A stretch of 64,000 nt of DNA, taken from assembly GCA_964016885.1 (NCBI GenBank), contig OZ024741.1:399528001-399592000 (forward strand). The letters run 5' to 3'. This document shows, piece after piece, positions 24,116 through 35,869 of this stretch. Both the position numbers and the translations under genes were made by a program. The number at the start of each line of letters is the position of its first letter. Position 1 is the first letter of the stretch. This DNA comes from Eledone cirrhosa (taxonomy: Eukaryota). The notes under the pieces are model-generated. The model saw nothing but the letters and a program-made list of their open reading frames with translations. It was not told the DNA's origin and did not search any database.

Positions 24116-24498
24116 TTGTAGCTCTGAAATAGCAATATATATATGGATGTAAATATAATGTATTTTGCAATACACTTTATGCTATATATATATTGCTATT
24201 TCAGAGCTACAATTCTAATTTTTAATTTCTGCCTGACCAACAACCGCTCTGCATAATCAGCTCCTGATTATTTACTAGATTTCTATAAGAATATAACATC
24301 ATTAATCTCAGCAGACGGGCGGGGTAGTTGGCCTTGATAAGCTTCAACAAAAGCGAAACATGTCATGTCGGCTTATCTCCTCCTGTTTGCTGAGATCGAA
24401 GTGAGTGAATTTGTCACTACTTTAAAACAATAGCTTACGGTCTTCAAAATGCTTTTAATTAAGCATAAAGTGTATTGCAAAATACATTATATTTACAT

Positions 24499-24502
<4 letters not shown>
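24110..24502 (+). mobile_element. ~300-bp non-autonomous HHR repeat (family H1) with inverted 5' piece
   Basis: Similar to reverse complement of 34740-35030; degenerate HHR at 24330-24373; 24110-24182 is inverted relative to both ends of the unit. Confidence 0.65.
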
Positions 24503-24550
<48 letters not shown>

Positions 24551-24555
<5 letters not shown>

Positions 24556-24755
24556 AACCAGTAAGACCCCGACAGCTGAGCTCAAGCCGTTTCGACGGCT
24601 AATTCTGGACTAGAATTTAGTCCAGAATTAGCCGTCGAAACGGCTTGAGCTCAGCTGTCGGGGTCTTACTGGTTCCTATTACCCACTCTACTACCCCAAG
24701 TATTGAGTACTTTGGTGCGTTATGGTCCACCTGGTCCCTTACCACATTTCCTTCG

Positions 24756-24758
<3 letters not shown>
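24551..24758. repeat. Palindromic Penelope-like end fragment (62-bp perfect arms)
   Basis: Arms 24551-24612 and 24618-24679; same family at 40672-40862 and 41555-41690; contains a GAAAC half of an HHR. Confidence 0.8.
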
Positions 24759-24822
<64 letters not shown>

Positions 24823-25244
24823 TATATATATATATATACACTGAAGCAACGTGTTGAAGTGACATTAACTTTCTATAGAATATGGCAGATGACAGGTTGT
24901 GTTAGGTGAGAGAAGTTCAAAGTTGGATTGACTGATCGACTGCAATAATTTGTACTCTTTTCTGATTTCTTTTTTTTTCTCGAATCAATTATATTTCTTA
25001 TTTTAAGTAATTAAAACGCAATTTGCTTGTTAAAAATTGATAATTTACGAATTAATTATGTCGTTTAATAAGCTAAAGACAACAAATCTCTATACTAAAT
25101 GTTATAGAGTTCGATGTCCTGATGTAAATATTGGTTTGTGGAGATTTTGAAGAATTATAGATTGTTCTGTCTGTTTTTTTTTTGTTTTTCTATATTTTTA
25201 CAAATTTAATATAATTTCGAATGTATGTATGTATGTATGTTATT

Positions 25245-25840
25245 GGTAACATGTATCCCAGTACAACCTGTCTCATGGTCAGGTCGTTGGCGACTAAACT
25301 GGCAACTCCACCAAGGTTTCTTGGTGAGGAGGGTGACTTTGGACATCCTGCAGGACTAAAAACAAAACCTGGCAAAGGGCAAAGGAGCTCTTAAGAGTCA
25401 ATGGCCATCCAAAATCACCGGGAGAGATGACCCCTTAGCCTTTGTCAAGGCAGAATTCTAGGAGAAGGAAAACTCTGATAGAACACCTGCAACCCTGATG
25501 GTATCCAATGATGTTGACTTGTTCTTCTTTTTGGTAAATATCATCTTGGTTAAGAGAGTGGGACTGGCTTTGTGCAGTGCCTTTGCTCACTATAAAAGCT
25601 TCACGTCACAGGCATTGCTTTATATCTGGAGATCTCTCTGTATTTGTCGTCACATGGTACCATGGGCCTAGCACTATGTGTCAATAATTGTCACAAGTGT
25701 AGTGTTTGTACCAGAGTTTTCAAGTCGCTGGCTGGACTAAAATGTCACACTCGTTTAGCGCATCAGTAGGGGTTCTCCTACATGGATATAAAGTAGTGGC
25801 CGTACTCGAAAACGAATTGGCAGCCACCATGTATGTATGT
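25245..25840 (+). mobile_element. Bipartite non-autonomous RTE derivative (5' UTR fused to 3' end)
   Basis: 25420-25620 aligns with the RTE 5' UTR at 26765-26987; 25690-25770 encodes CSVCTRVFKSLAGLKCH, like the last RTE zinc finger; ends TGGCCGTACTCGAAAACGA..CATGTATG. Confidence 0.75.
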
Positions 25841-25859
25841 ACGTAATCTCTTTCTCTTA

Positions 25860-26485
25860 ATTTATCATGATCTTATCTGTTTCATGCAGATAGACTTGCT
25901 CGAGAAATGGGTTCCTACGCTTCGAGGTTCGTAGATGTTGTCAGAGAGATATGATGGGACATTCAAATGTTGTCTGGACTGATGTTAGGCCTCTGCCTCC
26001 CTGTTTACGTTTCAAGTAAAGGCGGTCTATGTCACTGTTGATGTGGAAGTTTCCGGTGTTGTTTAGTATTTTTCGAGTTCCAACATCAACTGCTCGGATT
26101 TTGTCTATCGTCCAATTGAATATTCCAAACGTTGGTGTTAGGACAGGCACAGCAAACACATTGTGAGCCACTGTTTTGTTTTGCGCAGAGAGTTCCGATG
26201 ACCAGATCTTTCTGAATCGGGTGTAGTATTCCCTGGTTACGCGTTCTTTATTACAGATACCATTATAGGATATGTTCTCATCTATCCCCAGGTATCTGTA
26301 GCAGTCCTCATCAGATATCGGTGAAACAATTAGGCCATTGATGACAATGTTGCTAGATTGGGTTGTTGTTTTTCCTCTCTTTACAGTCATGTATGACCAA
26401 ACTCCATTCCTATATCCTTTGAAAATGTTGTAACCAGGTCAAGATTTTTCTTCATCCGATCCATGATCTTGGCATAGAGTTTCAG
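25860..26485 (-). mobile_element. R4/Dong-like family C internal RT fragment
   Basis: Duplicates about 32205-32840 (YRYLGI, SDIDRLYLKRKQGGRGL). Confidence 0.85.
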
Positions 26486-26496
26486 ATATATGTATG

Positions 26497-26530
<34 letters not shown>

Positions 26531-26712
26531 TGTATGTATGTATGTATGTATGTATGTATGTATGTATGTATGTACGTATGTATGTACGTATGTATGTATG
26601 TATGTATGTATGTACGTATGTATGTATGTATGTGCGCGCATCTGTATGCGCGTGTGTGTATGTCGTACGTATAAGTGTCAATAAGTGATTTTTTTTTTTT
26701 TTTTTTTTTTTT

Positions 26713-29700
26713 GCGCGGGGACATAGAAATAATCGGGCTGGATGCCCGATCGCGCAGTTAAACCACTGGGAGTGAAGAACCCCTAACCCTTGTCAGGGCA
26801 TTCTTCTAGGAGAAGGCATCTCAGGAAACTGGGTTAACTCCGACATAAAACCTGCGGCTCAGTAGTTACCGATGATGTTGATCTTTTCTTCTTTTCGGGT
26901 TATAGCTACTGTCGCTCAGAGAGTGGGATTGGCTCAGTGCACGGTCTTTCCTCACTTTAAAAATATTCGTCACGCACAGGCATTGCACGAGTGCATTAAT
27001 AATTATTAATAGTGTACTATTATTATTATTATTATTATTACTATTATTTTTTTTTATTTATTTTATTTTTTTTTTTTTCCAATTCAATGATGTTCCAGAA
27101 CAATATAAAAGAGATAATTGGCAATTTAGGTTCTGGAACAAAAAAGATCATTGGCAATAAGGGCAGGGGCCCCAGGTTATCACAGCCTGGGCCCGCTCGT
27201 CATCGTGCCATTGTAATAGAGCCAAACAAGGCATTTAGTCTTGGCTGCTGGAACGTACGGACGCAGCTTGACAGGGATTCCTTGGGGCGTCCTGAACGAA
27301 GGACCGCTCTTGTTGCAAAGGAGCTTCGACGTTACGATCTTGACATCGTGGCTTTATCTGAGACGAGGCTAGCTGGAGATGGTCATCTTACGGAATTTTG
27401 TGGAGAATATACATTCTTCTGGAAAGGAAGAGATGAAGGAACCAGAAGAGAGGCTGGGGTAGGATTTGCTGTTAAGACTGTGCTTGTGAACAAATTAGAA
27501 GAATTCCCAGTAGGGATTAGTGAGCGTCTTATGTCCATGAGAGTTCCGCTGGACAAGGGAAGATATGCTACCCTGGTGAGTGTGTATGCTCCAACTATGA
27601 GTTCTGTCGATGAGGAAAAGATGTCCTTTTACCATGCCTTGAAAGGTGTTTTAAGAAATATCCCTCAGGCAGACAAAGTCATCGTGTTTGGTGACTTTAA
27701 TGCTAGAGTGGGTAGAGATTTTAACACATGGAATGTAATCGGAAGGCATGGGGTGGGAAAGTGTAACAGCAATGGTATGCTCCTGCTGCAGATGTGTGAG
27801 GAGCTGGATATGTGTGTTACCAACACCATGTTCCAACAAAAGAACAAATTCAAGACCACATGGATGCATCCTGCATCTAAGGAATGGCATCTTTTGGACT
27901 ACGTCCTAGTCAGGATGCGTGACAGACAGGATGTGCAGTGTGTTCGTGTTCTTCGTGGAGCTGAGTGCTGGACGGACCACCGCCTGGTACGCGCAAAAGT
28001 GAAACTAATCACTAAACGTAAAATCCGGGCTCCTGGTGTTGCCCTGCCCAAAAGATTGAATGCTGCTCGTCTTAAGGATAAAAACGTGAAGAGGACATTG
28101 GAAGAAGAGATGCAGGCTGCAGATCTTGGTGAGGATTGGCCGACCCTTAAAAAGTCGGTTTATGATGTAGGCAGGCGTGTTCTGGGATTGGCGCAGAGGA
28201 AACATCAGGACTGGTTTGATGAGAATGATGTACATATAGAAGACTTGTTGGCTGATAAGAGGCGTGCTCTGTCGCGCTACTTGACGGCAAAACCACAGAG
28301 GAGGAATACGTTGCATGAGGAACTCAGGGATGTAAAATCACGTGTTAGGCGGAGTCTTTCTCAGATGAAGGATCAGTGGTGGAGTGAGAAGGCTGGTGAG
28401 ATACAAACTGCGTCTGATTCCAATAACACAAAGCTGTTGTACAGTCTCTTGCGTGAGGTTTATGGACAGTCGTCTTCTCTTGTGACACCGCTTCGCAGCA
28501 AGGATGGCAAAGAAATTCTTCGTGACTCACAAGGAATTCTACGAAGGTGGCGAGAGCACTTTGATGATCTTTTGAATCAGCCGTCTGTCGTCAGTGAAGA
28601 TTTCCTCAATCTCATTCCAGAAAGTCCTGTGAAAGAAGCTCTCGCAGAACCTCCGACGCTTGTGGAGGTTGCAGTGGCTATTTCGAAGCTGAACAGTGGA
28701 AGATCTCCAGCTATGGATGGCATACATGCTGAGCTCCTACAATATGGTGGTGAGAGACTCCTGCAACATATTCACTCTTTGTTTGGCAGGATATGGGCTA
28801 ATGAATCCGTACCTGAGGACTGGAGAGATGCAGTAATGGTGGTCTTGTACAAGGGAAAGGGTAACAGGAACGATTGTGGGAACTACAGAGGTATATCATT
28901 GCTTTCTGTCGTAGGGAAAGTTTTATGTAGGGTGCTTCTGGACCGTCTGCTGACACACATTGCAGATTGTGTTCTTCCTGAAAGTCAATTTGGTTTTCGT
29001 GCTGGACGTGGCACTACTGATATGATCTTCTCAGCTAGACAGCTCCAGGAGAAGTGCATGGAACAAGGCTTGGATCTGTATCAGGTTTTTGTCGATCTGA
29101 CAAAAGCTTTCGATACTGTTAACAGAGATGCATTATGGAAGGTTCTCCAGAAACTCGGTTGCCCTGATAAGTTCCTTGCTTTAGTTAGGTCTTTCCATGA
29201 GGACATGAATGCTTGGGTTAATGTCGGGGGTAACATGTCGGAGCCTATCTCAGTAAAAAATGGAGTGAAGCAGGGGGATATTCCAGCACCGAACATGTTT
29301 TCCATATACTTTGCAATGGTTTTCTGTATTGCATTCAGGAATTGCGAGCATGGTGTTTACATCCGATATCGAACCTCAGGCAGCATATTTAACATCAGGC
29401 GCTTTGCTGCGAAGACAAAAGTGTTTATATCAATCATAAGAGACCTCTTGTATGCAGATGATTGCGATCTTGTAGCGCACACAGAGAGTGATATGCAGCA
29501 CATTTTGAATGCATTTTCTGACGCTTGCACTGCCCTAGGTCTGACTGTCAGTCTCAAGAAAACCGTCGTCATGTACCAATCTGCCCCTGGTAAGCAGTAC
29601 ACTGAACCAAACATCTATGTGTATAGCAAACGACTTGGAGTGGTTGATCAGTTTGTCTACCTGGGAAGCACTGTCAATCGATACAGCAACCTTGACAGTG

Positions 29701-30760
29701 AAATCTCACTTAGGATTAGGAAAGCAAGTGATGCTTTCGGAAAGCTAGAAAGGCGACTCTGGGGTCGGCGAGACATATGCAGGAGGACAAAGGTAAAGGT
29801 GTACAGGGCATGTGTGCTCTCTTGTCTTCTTTATGCCTGCGAGACCTGGGTCAGATATCGACACCACCTTAAGCAATTGGAGCGTTTCCATCAGTTGTGT
29901 CTCAGGCGGATCCATGGCGTTCACTGGAGGGACCACATCAGTGATGTCGAGATTTTGGAAAGCTCTATGTGTGACAGTATAGAAGCTCTTGTGCTTAAGC
30001 AACGACTCCGTTGGAGTGGTCACCTTGCCAGGATGAAGGATTCTAGAATACCAAAACAACTCTTTTATGGAGAGTTGGTTAAAGGAAAACGACCGCCACA
30101 TAAACCAAAAAAGAGGTATAAGGATTCCTTGAAAGCCTCTCTGAAAGACGCTAACATCTCTGCTGATACATAGGAGAATATTGCTGCTGATCGTAATAAA
30201 TGGAGAAAGACTGTATATGAGGGAAAAGTTGCCTTTGAGGCATCTCGAATCGCATACGAGAAAGTAAAGCGGGATGTGAGGAAGGGCATTGCTGTTGCAC
30301 TTCCAGACGGCGAGGGTCCTCCTATGGTGCTGACATGCAGCGTATGTGCGAGACTCTGCCTAAGCAAAGCTGGACTCGAAAGTCATCTTCGCAGTCATAA
30401 AGTAAGACCAGTGGTTGACTACCAGGCTGCTGTTGGAGATGCTACTCATCATGCTTGCCAAACATGTGGTAGAGAATGTAAATCAGCAGGAGGGCTCAAG
30501 CGACATGCAAAAGTACACAAACTCCAACCACAGCCGACTATTCCCAGTAAATGCTTTGGTTGCCGACTCTGTGCAAGACATTTTAGATCATTGGCTGGGC
30601 TAAAAAGCCACATTCGATCGCAGCGCTGTTAGTTGCTATCGTGTGTGTGTGTATGTGTAGATATGCTTATGTGTGTGCGTGTGTGTATATATATATGTAT
30701 ATGTATATTATTATTGTTGTTATTATTATTAATATTATTATTGTTATTAATGTGTGTGTA

Positions 30761-30799
<39 letters not shown>

Positions 30800-30945
30800 A
30801 TGCATATGTATATATATATATATATATATATTTCTTTTTATTTTTTTATTTTTATTTATTTTTTATTTATTTATTATTATTATTTTTTTTTTTTTTTCTT
30901 CCTCGTGCAATGGCCATACTCGATAACGAGGGGGCGCGATCATGT
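26713..30945 (+). mobile_element. RTE (BovB-like) LINE, near full length, in (TATG)n
   Basis: Structured 5' UTR, single APE-RT-ZnF ORF, 3' terminal hairpin CTCGATAACGAG, then a (TATG)n tail. Confidence 0.92.
27087..30632 (+). pseudogene. RTE APE-RT protein with three C2H2-type fingers; one in-frame TAG at 30171
   Basis: WNVRT, LSETRL, GDFNARVG, TDH, NYRGISLL, DLTKAFD, GVKQG, YADD; ORF 30276-30632 is in the same frame; TAG sits at an expected Trp (DT*ENIAADR). Confidence 0.9.
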
Positions 30946-31281
30946 ATGTATGTATGTATGTATGTATGTATGTATGTATGTATGTATGTATGTATGTATG
31001 TATCTATGTATATATGTATGTATGTATGTATGTATGTACGTATGTATGTACGTATGCATGTTCTGGTTTTATAATTTCACAAAGTTTTACCAATAGAGAG
31101 AGAGAGTCGGTTTCTAACATAGACACAAGACTCTCATTGGAATTTACACAACATCAACTAGGTAGATATGTATGTATGCATGTGTAGATATGGATGTTAT
31201 TGTATGTGTAGATGTGTATGTTTTGAGTTGTATGTGTGCATGTGTATATGCTTTGTATCTGTACATGTGTATATGCAGTTA

Positions 31282-33315
31282 TTAGATGCAAAATTTTTGG
31301 AATGTTTTACATATTTTTACTGTTCCATTAAAGGATTGTAGTTGTAGTTTCCTAACTAGTTGTGTTCTATCTGTTCCTGTGAAGCCTAGCTTCTCAAGAT
31401 TTGTATTGAGGCAGTTACTAACATATCCCAGTGCCCCAATAATTACAGGCATAAATCTGAAGGTGTAATCAGAGTGGAGTATCTGCAGATTTCTCATCAG
31501 TTCTGCATAAATATTCTCCTTTTCACTAATCTTTGATATTATATTGGCATCTGCTGGGCAGCTAATTTCCACTACTGTGCATGTTTTCTTCTCCCTGTCC
31601 CATATCATAATATCTGGTCTGTTATGCTTGCATTTTATTGGGGTTTTTACTGGAACTTTCCACCAGTACTCTTTCATGTTATGTACATGGATGTCTTCCA
31701 CATTGTTGTAGCTTTTAATGTGTTTATTACTGGGGCTATCGTTTTTAAGAACTGCATTGTACAGTGTTTTGGCCACTACATCATGCCTCATAGGTGGATA
31801 GTACCGCGATGACATCTTTGGACAGCTGCTGATGACATGGGTGATATCCTCGATGTTAGTTCTGCAGAGTCTGCACTTGTTATTACATCTAGGTGTTTTG
31901 CCTGCATCCTTATCTCTTTTGTGAATCAGGTATTTCGTGCTAATCTCCTGTTCTTGGATTGCAAAAGCGTATCCTTCAAAGTGAGAGCCAATATAGCGGT
32001 TGTTGGTCCAAGATAAACTACTTTCCTTAACTATATAACTCTCACTCTGGAGCTTCCTGGCAACATATCCATGCATGATTTTTTGCTGATAGGCATGCAG
32101 TTTTTCATCCATGGATTCACTGCGATACTGCTAGGCGACGTCTCTGGGTGTGAGTTTTTGATTATCAGACAGGGAATATCTCTCAAGGAGTTCATTCCCA
32201 ACTCTCATGATCTTATCTGTTTCATGCAGATAGACTTGCTCGAGAAGCGTGCTCCTACGCTTTGAGGTTCGTATATGTTGTCGGAGAGATATGATGCGAC
32301 ATTCAAATGTTGTCTGGACTGATGTTAGGCCTCTGCGTCCCTGCTTACGTTTCAAGTAAAGGCGGTCTATGTCACTGTTGATGTGGAAGTTTCCGGAGAT
32401 GTTCAGTATTTTTCGAGTTCCAACATCAACTGCTCGGATTTCGTCTATCGTCCAATTGAGTATTCCAAACGTTGGTGTTAGGACAGGCACAGCAAACACA
32501 TTGTGAGCCACTGTTTTGTTTTGCGCAGAGAGTTCCGATGACCTGATCTTTCTTAATCGGGTGTACTATTCCCTGGTTACGCGTTCTTTATTACAGATAC
32601 CATTATAGGATATATTCTCATCTATCCCCAGGTATCTGTAGCAGTCCTCATCAGATATCGGTGAAACAGTTAGACCATTGATGACAATGTTGCTAGATTG
32701 GGTTGTTGTTTTTCTCCGCTTTACAGTCATGTATGAGCATTTATCTTGGCCAAACTCCATTCCTATATCCTTTGAGAACGTTGTAACCAGGTCAATATTT
32801 TTCTTCATCCCATCCATGTTCTTGGCATCGAGTTTCAGATCGTCCACAAAGAAGTTATGGGTTAGGTTCGTATTTCTGTCCTCCTGTGAGCCAATGATGT
32901 ATCCCTCACATTTCTTGAGCAAAAAAGACAAGGGGTTTAATGACAAGATGAACAATATCACAGAGAGACTGTCCCCCCTGAAATATACCCCTGCAATATT
33001 TTATTTTATCAGTGTAAATAGAGTCCTCCCTCTCTGTTTTTAACCTTATGATAGTAGCCAAAGAAGAAGACAACCTCTCTATGGCTCTGACAATAATGTC
33101 TGGGACTTTAGCAAGTTGGAGGGCCTCTATCATCCAAGAGTGGGGAACAGAATCGAAAGCTTTCCTGTAGTACAGCCAGACTGTAGTCATATTCCTCCTA
33201 AGTTGTCGCACCTCCGACATCGCAGTTTTGTGCATGTTTGGGGTTTTTGACTGGAACATTCCACCAGTACTCTTTCATATTATGTATGTCTTCCACATTG
33301 CTGTAACTTTTAATG
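31282..33315 (-). mobile_element. R4/Dong-like RLE LINE family C, 5'-truncated and degraded
   Basis: RKAFDSVPHSW, FFVDDLKL, CRLC..H..C, RPDIMIWD..VEISCP, PVIIGALG; several stops and frameshifts. Confidence 0.85.
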
Positions 33316-33639
33316 TGTATATATGTATGTGTGTATGTATGTACGTACGCATGTATGCATGTGTGTATATGTACGTATGTATGTACGTATGTAAGTGTGT
33401 AAGTGTGTAATTGTGCATACGTGTATGCTTGAGTGTATGTATGCATGCGTGTATCGATGCATATATGCATGTATTCATTCCAGCTCTCTACAGAAGTTCA
33501 AGTCCTTCAGCGGCCGATGTTTCCTTTTAGCTTTTCTGTGGTCGTTTCTACTCCGGAAGAAATAGGTTGTGGTTAAAGGTCGAAAGGAATGACTAAAACG
33601 CGCTAAATGATGGTGCCTCTAAGACTCCATGAATATTTA

Positions 33640-33930
33640 CGGACTTAGTGATCAGTGGTCTTGTTTTCACACCAGACTATGTCGACCATATTCTAATGCC
33701 GAGGAGAAGAAAATAAACAAGGGCTTATCCGACTGTTTTCATTTGGTACCGGCCAACGTCGGGACCTTTGGGGACTTAGGTTTCTGCACTGTCGATTTCC
33801 TCCGCAAAATCGGAAAGACAGCAGCTTGCCTGACGAAGGAGTCCTGTGAAGCGGAGTGGTTGCTGTAGCGGGTCTCGCTGGCCATTCTCTGTGGCAATAC
33901 CTTCACCATTCTGTCTGCAGAGCACAGCTG
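33640..33930 (+). mobile_element. CRE-like RLE 3' remnant
   Basis: AEEKKINK..FHLVPANVGTFG..FLRKIG..EWLL*RVSLAILCGN; similar to 23740-23960. Confidence 0.6.
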
Positions 33931-34477
33931 AATCACCATTCAGACTGAGGCGTAGAATCTGTCTCTCCCTTTCCTTCGTTGCTTCTTTCTCTTTTTTCTT
34001 TTTCTTCTTTACCTTTTCTTTTTTCTTTGTTTCATTTAGATATTATTAATTGCAAATAAAGTGCGATGATAAAAATGTGTTGATATATCAAACCATTTTA
34101 ATGATCTTAAAAATTATTAACGATGTGAATATGTTTTCTTTCTCGAGCTATTTAAAGTTCGCTTACTGTTTTGTTTTTTTATAAATTGAATTTTCGGATA
34201 GAAATTCTATTTTTGTATTAAATTAAACATTTTTCTATATTTAAAATTATTCTATAGTTTAAAATCATTTTTTCAAAATAATATTTTTTATAAAATTATT
34301 CTATGAAAAGTATTTTAGATAAAATGTCGACAAAGTGTCGTGGTAACATGTTTGAATGTTTTCCTGGGTTTGTCGACGACGTTTCTGTCAGCGTATGTTG
34401 AATAAGAACAGACGAGAGAGAAAAAGATAGGCATAAATAAAGTTTGCTGTATGCATTCTTTTCACAATATATATATA

Positions 34478-34510
<33 letters not shown>

Positions 34511-34739
34511 TAGAAAGTGAGGTTTTTTTTACAAAATGAAAAATAACCGAGGTGTCCTACACGAGTGAAAGTATAAAGAAAAAAAGATGAAATCGAAAAT
34601 GCAACTGGAGTCTTATTTAAAAAAATATATATACATTTATTTGGTTCCTTTACCGGTTTCGCAGTTCTTCTGCTTTTCAAAAGTAGAGTTGAGATGGGGG
34701 GTCTGTGGTTTATATATATATATATATATATATACATAT

Positions 34740-35145
34740 ATATATGAATGTATGTATAGTGTATTTGGCAATATACCGTATGTATCGGTTTTAAAGCAGT
34801 GACAATGTCACTTACTTCTTTTCGGTGAAAGAAGGGAGATAAGCTGACAGTCTGTTTCACGCTGGCTGGCGTTCATCAGAGCCACGTACTCCCCTGCTTT
34901 TGCCGAAAATGATAGAAGCTGGATTCTTATAGAATTCCAGTAATAATCAGGAGCTTATTATACAGAGCGATTGCCGGTCCAGCAAAAATTAGATATTAGG
35001 ATTGGTGCTCTGAAATAGCGATGTATACATGAACGTACGTATAGTATATTTGGCAATATACCGTATGTTTAATTAAAAACATTTAGAAGACCTTACGCTA
35101 TTGTTTTTTTAAAGTAGTGACTATGGCACTTACTTCTTTTCGGCG
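34740..35145 (-). mobile_element. HHR repeat family H1, about 1.3 tandem units
   Basis: TATAGT(G/A)TATTTGGCAATATACCGTATGT recurs at about 34755 and 35040; HHR inside. Confidence 0.7.
34842..34883 (-). ncRNA. Canonical minimal type I hammerhead ribozyme
   Basis: ggct-CTGATGA-acgc cagcca gcgt-GAAAC aga ct GTC-agct: intact core and GUC triplet. Confidence 0.8.
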
Positions 35146-35474
35146 AAGTATATATATAGTTTTAAACAAATGGAGAGAAAGTGATATCCTCCGTTTCCAA
35201 CTCACTTACACACGTACACACATGATGGAGAAGACATTGCTCCGCAGAACGCTGGGGGAAAACACACTGAAACAGCCACTCCACTTCGTGGGTCTCGCAC
35301 CTGCAGGGAGTAGACATGTGATCCGGGGGCCAAAAGAACAGCGGAAGTCTCCACTGCTACAGGTTCTACCACAAACCTATCAGAAAGCGGCCGATACTTG
35401 AACAGTTTGCTCTCTTCGACTTGGCGGGCAGCAGAGCTTGGAAGTTAGAAAATAGTTAAGAAGCAAATATTAAA

Positions 35475-35836
35475 CCGTATTTCCCGGTGCCGAAGCCGCT
35501 TCGTCCTCGAGGACGCACCCTAATTTTGACAACCAAACATTTGAAGAAAAAATAATTGTTTCTACTTTTGGCACAAGGCCAGCAATTATCTCAGTGTATT
35601 ACTGGTACTTTATTTTATCCACCCCGTAAGGAATAAAGGCTAAGTTAACCTCGGCAGATTTTGAACTCAGACCATAAAGGGCTGTAACTCTCTGCTACAA
35701 AGCATGTCGTGCAAACCTCTACCGATACTGCCAATCCATAAAAAATAATAAACCACCTTCGTCCTCCAAGACACATGGTAGATTTTTGAGACTTATTTTA
35801 GGAAAAAAGTAGCGTCTTCGATGCCGGGAAATACGG
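35475..35836. mobile_element. Tc1/mariner-pogo (Tc2-like) MITE with nested SINE
   Basis: TIRs CCGTATTTCCCGG / CCGGGAAATACGG with TA on the right; SINE A (minus, 35550-35738) inside, flanked by an AAAAAATAAT duplication. Confidence 0.7.
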
Positions 35837-35869
35837 TAATTACCATTGTTATTAATTAACCAACAGATA

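Noticed and set aside
30276-30632. Independent host C2H2 zinc-finger gene
   Set aside because: In frame with the RTE ORF beyond a single stop and followed by the RTE 3' end
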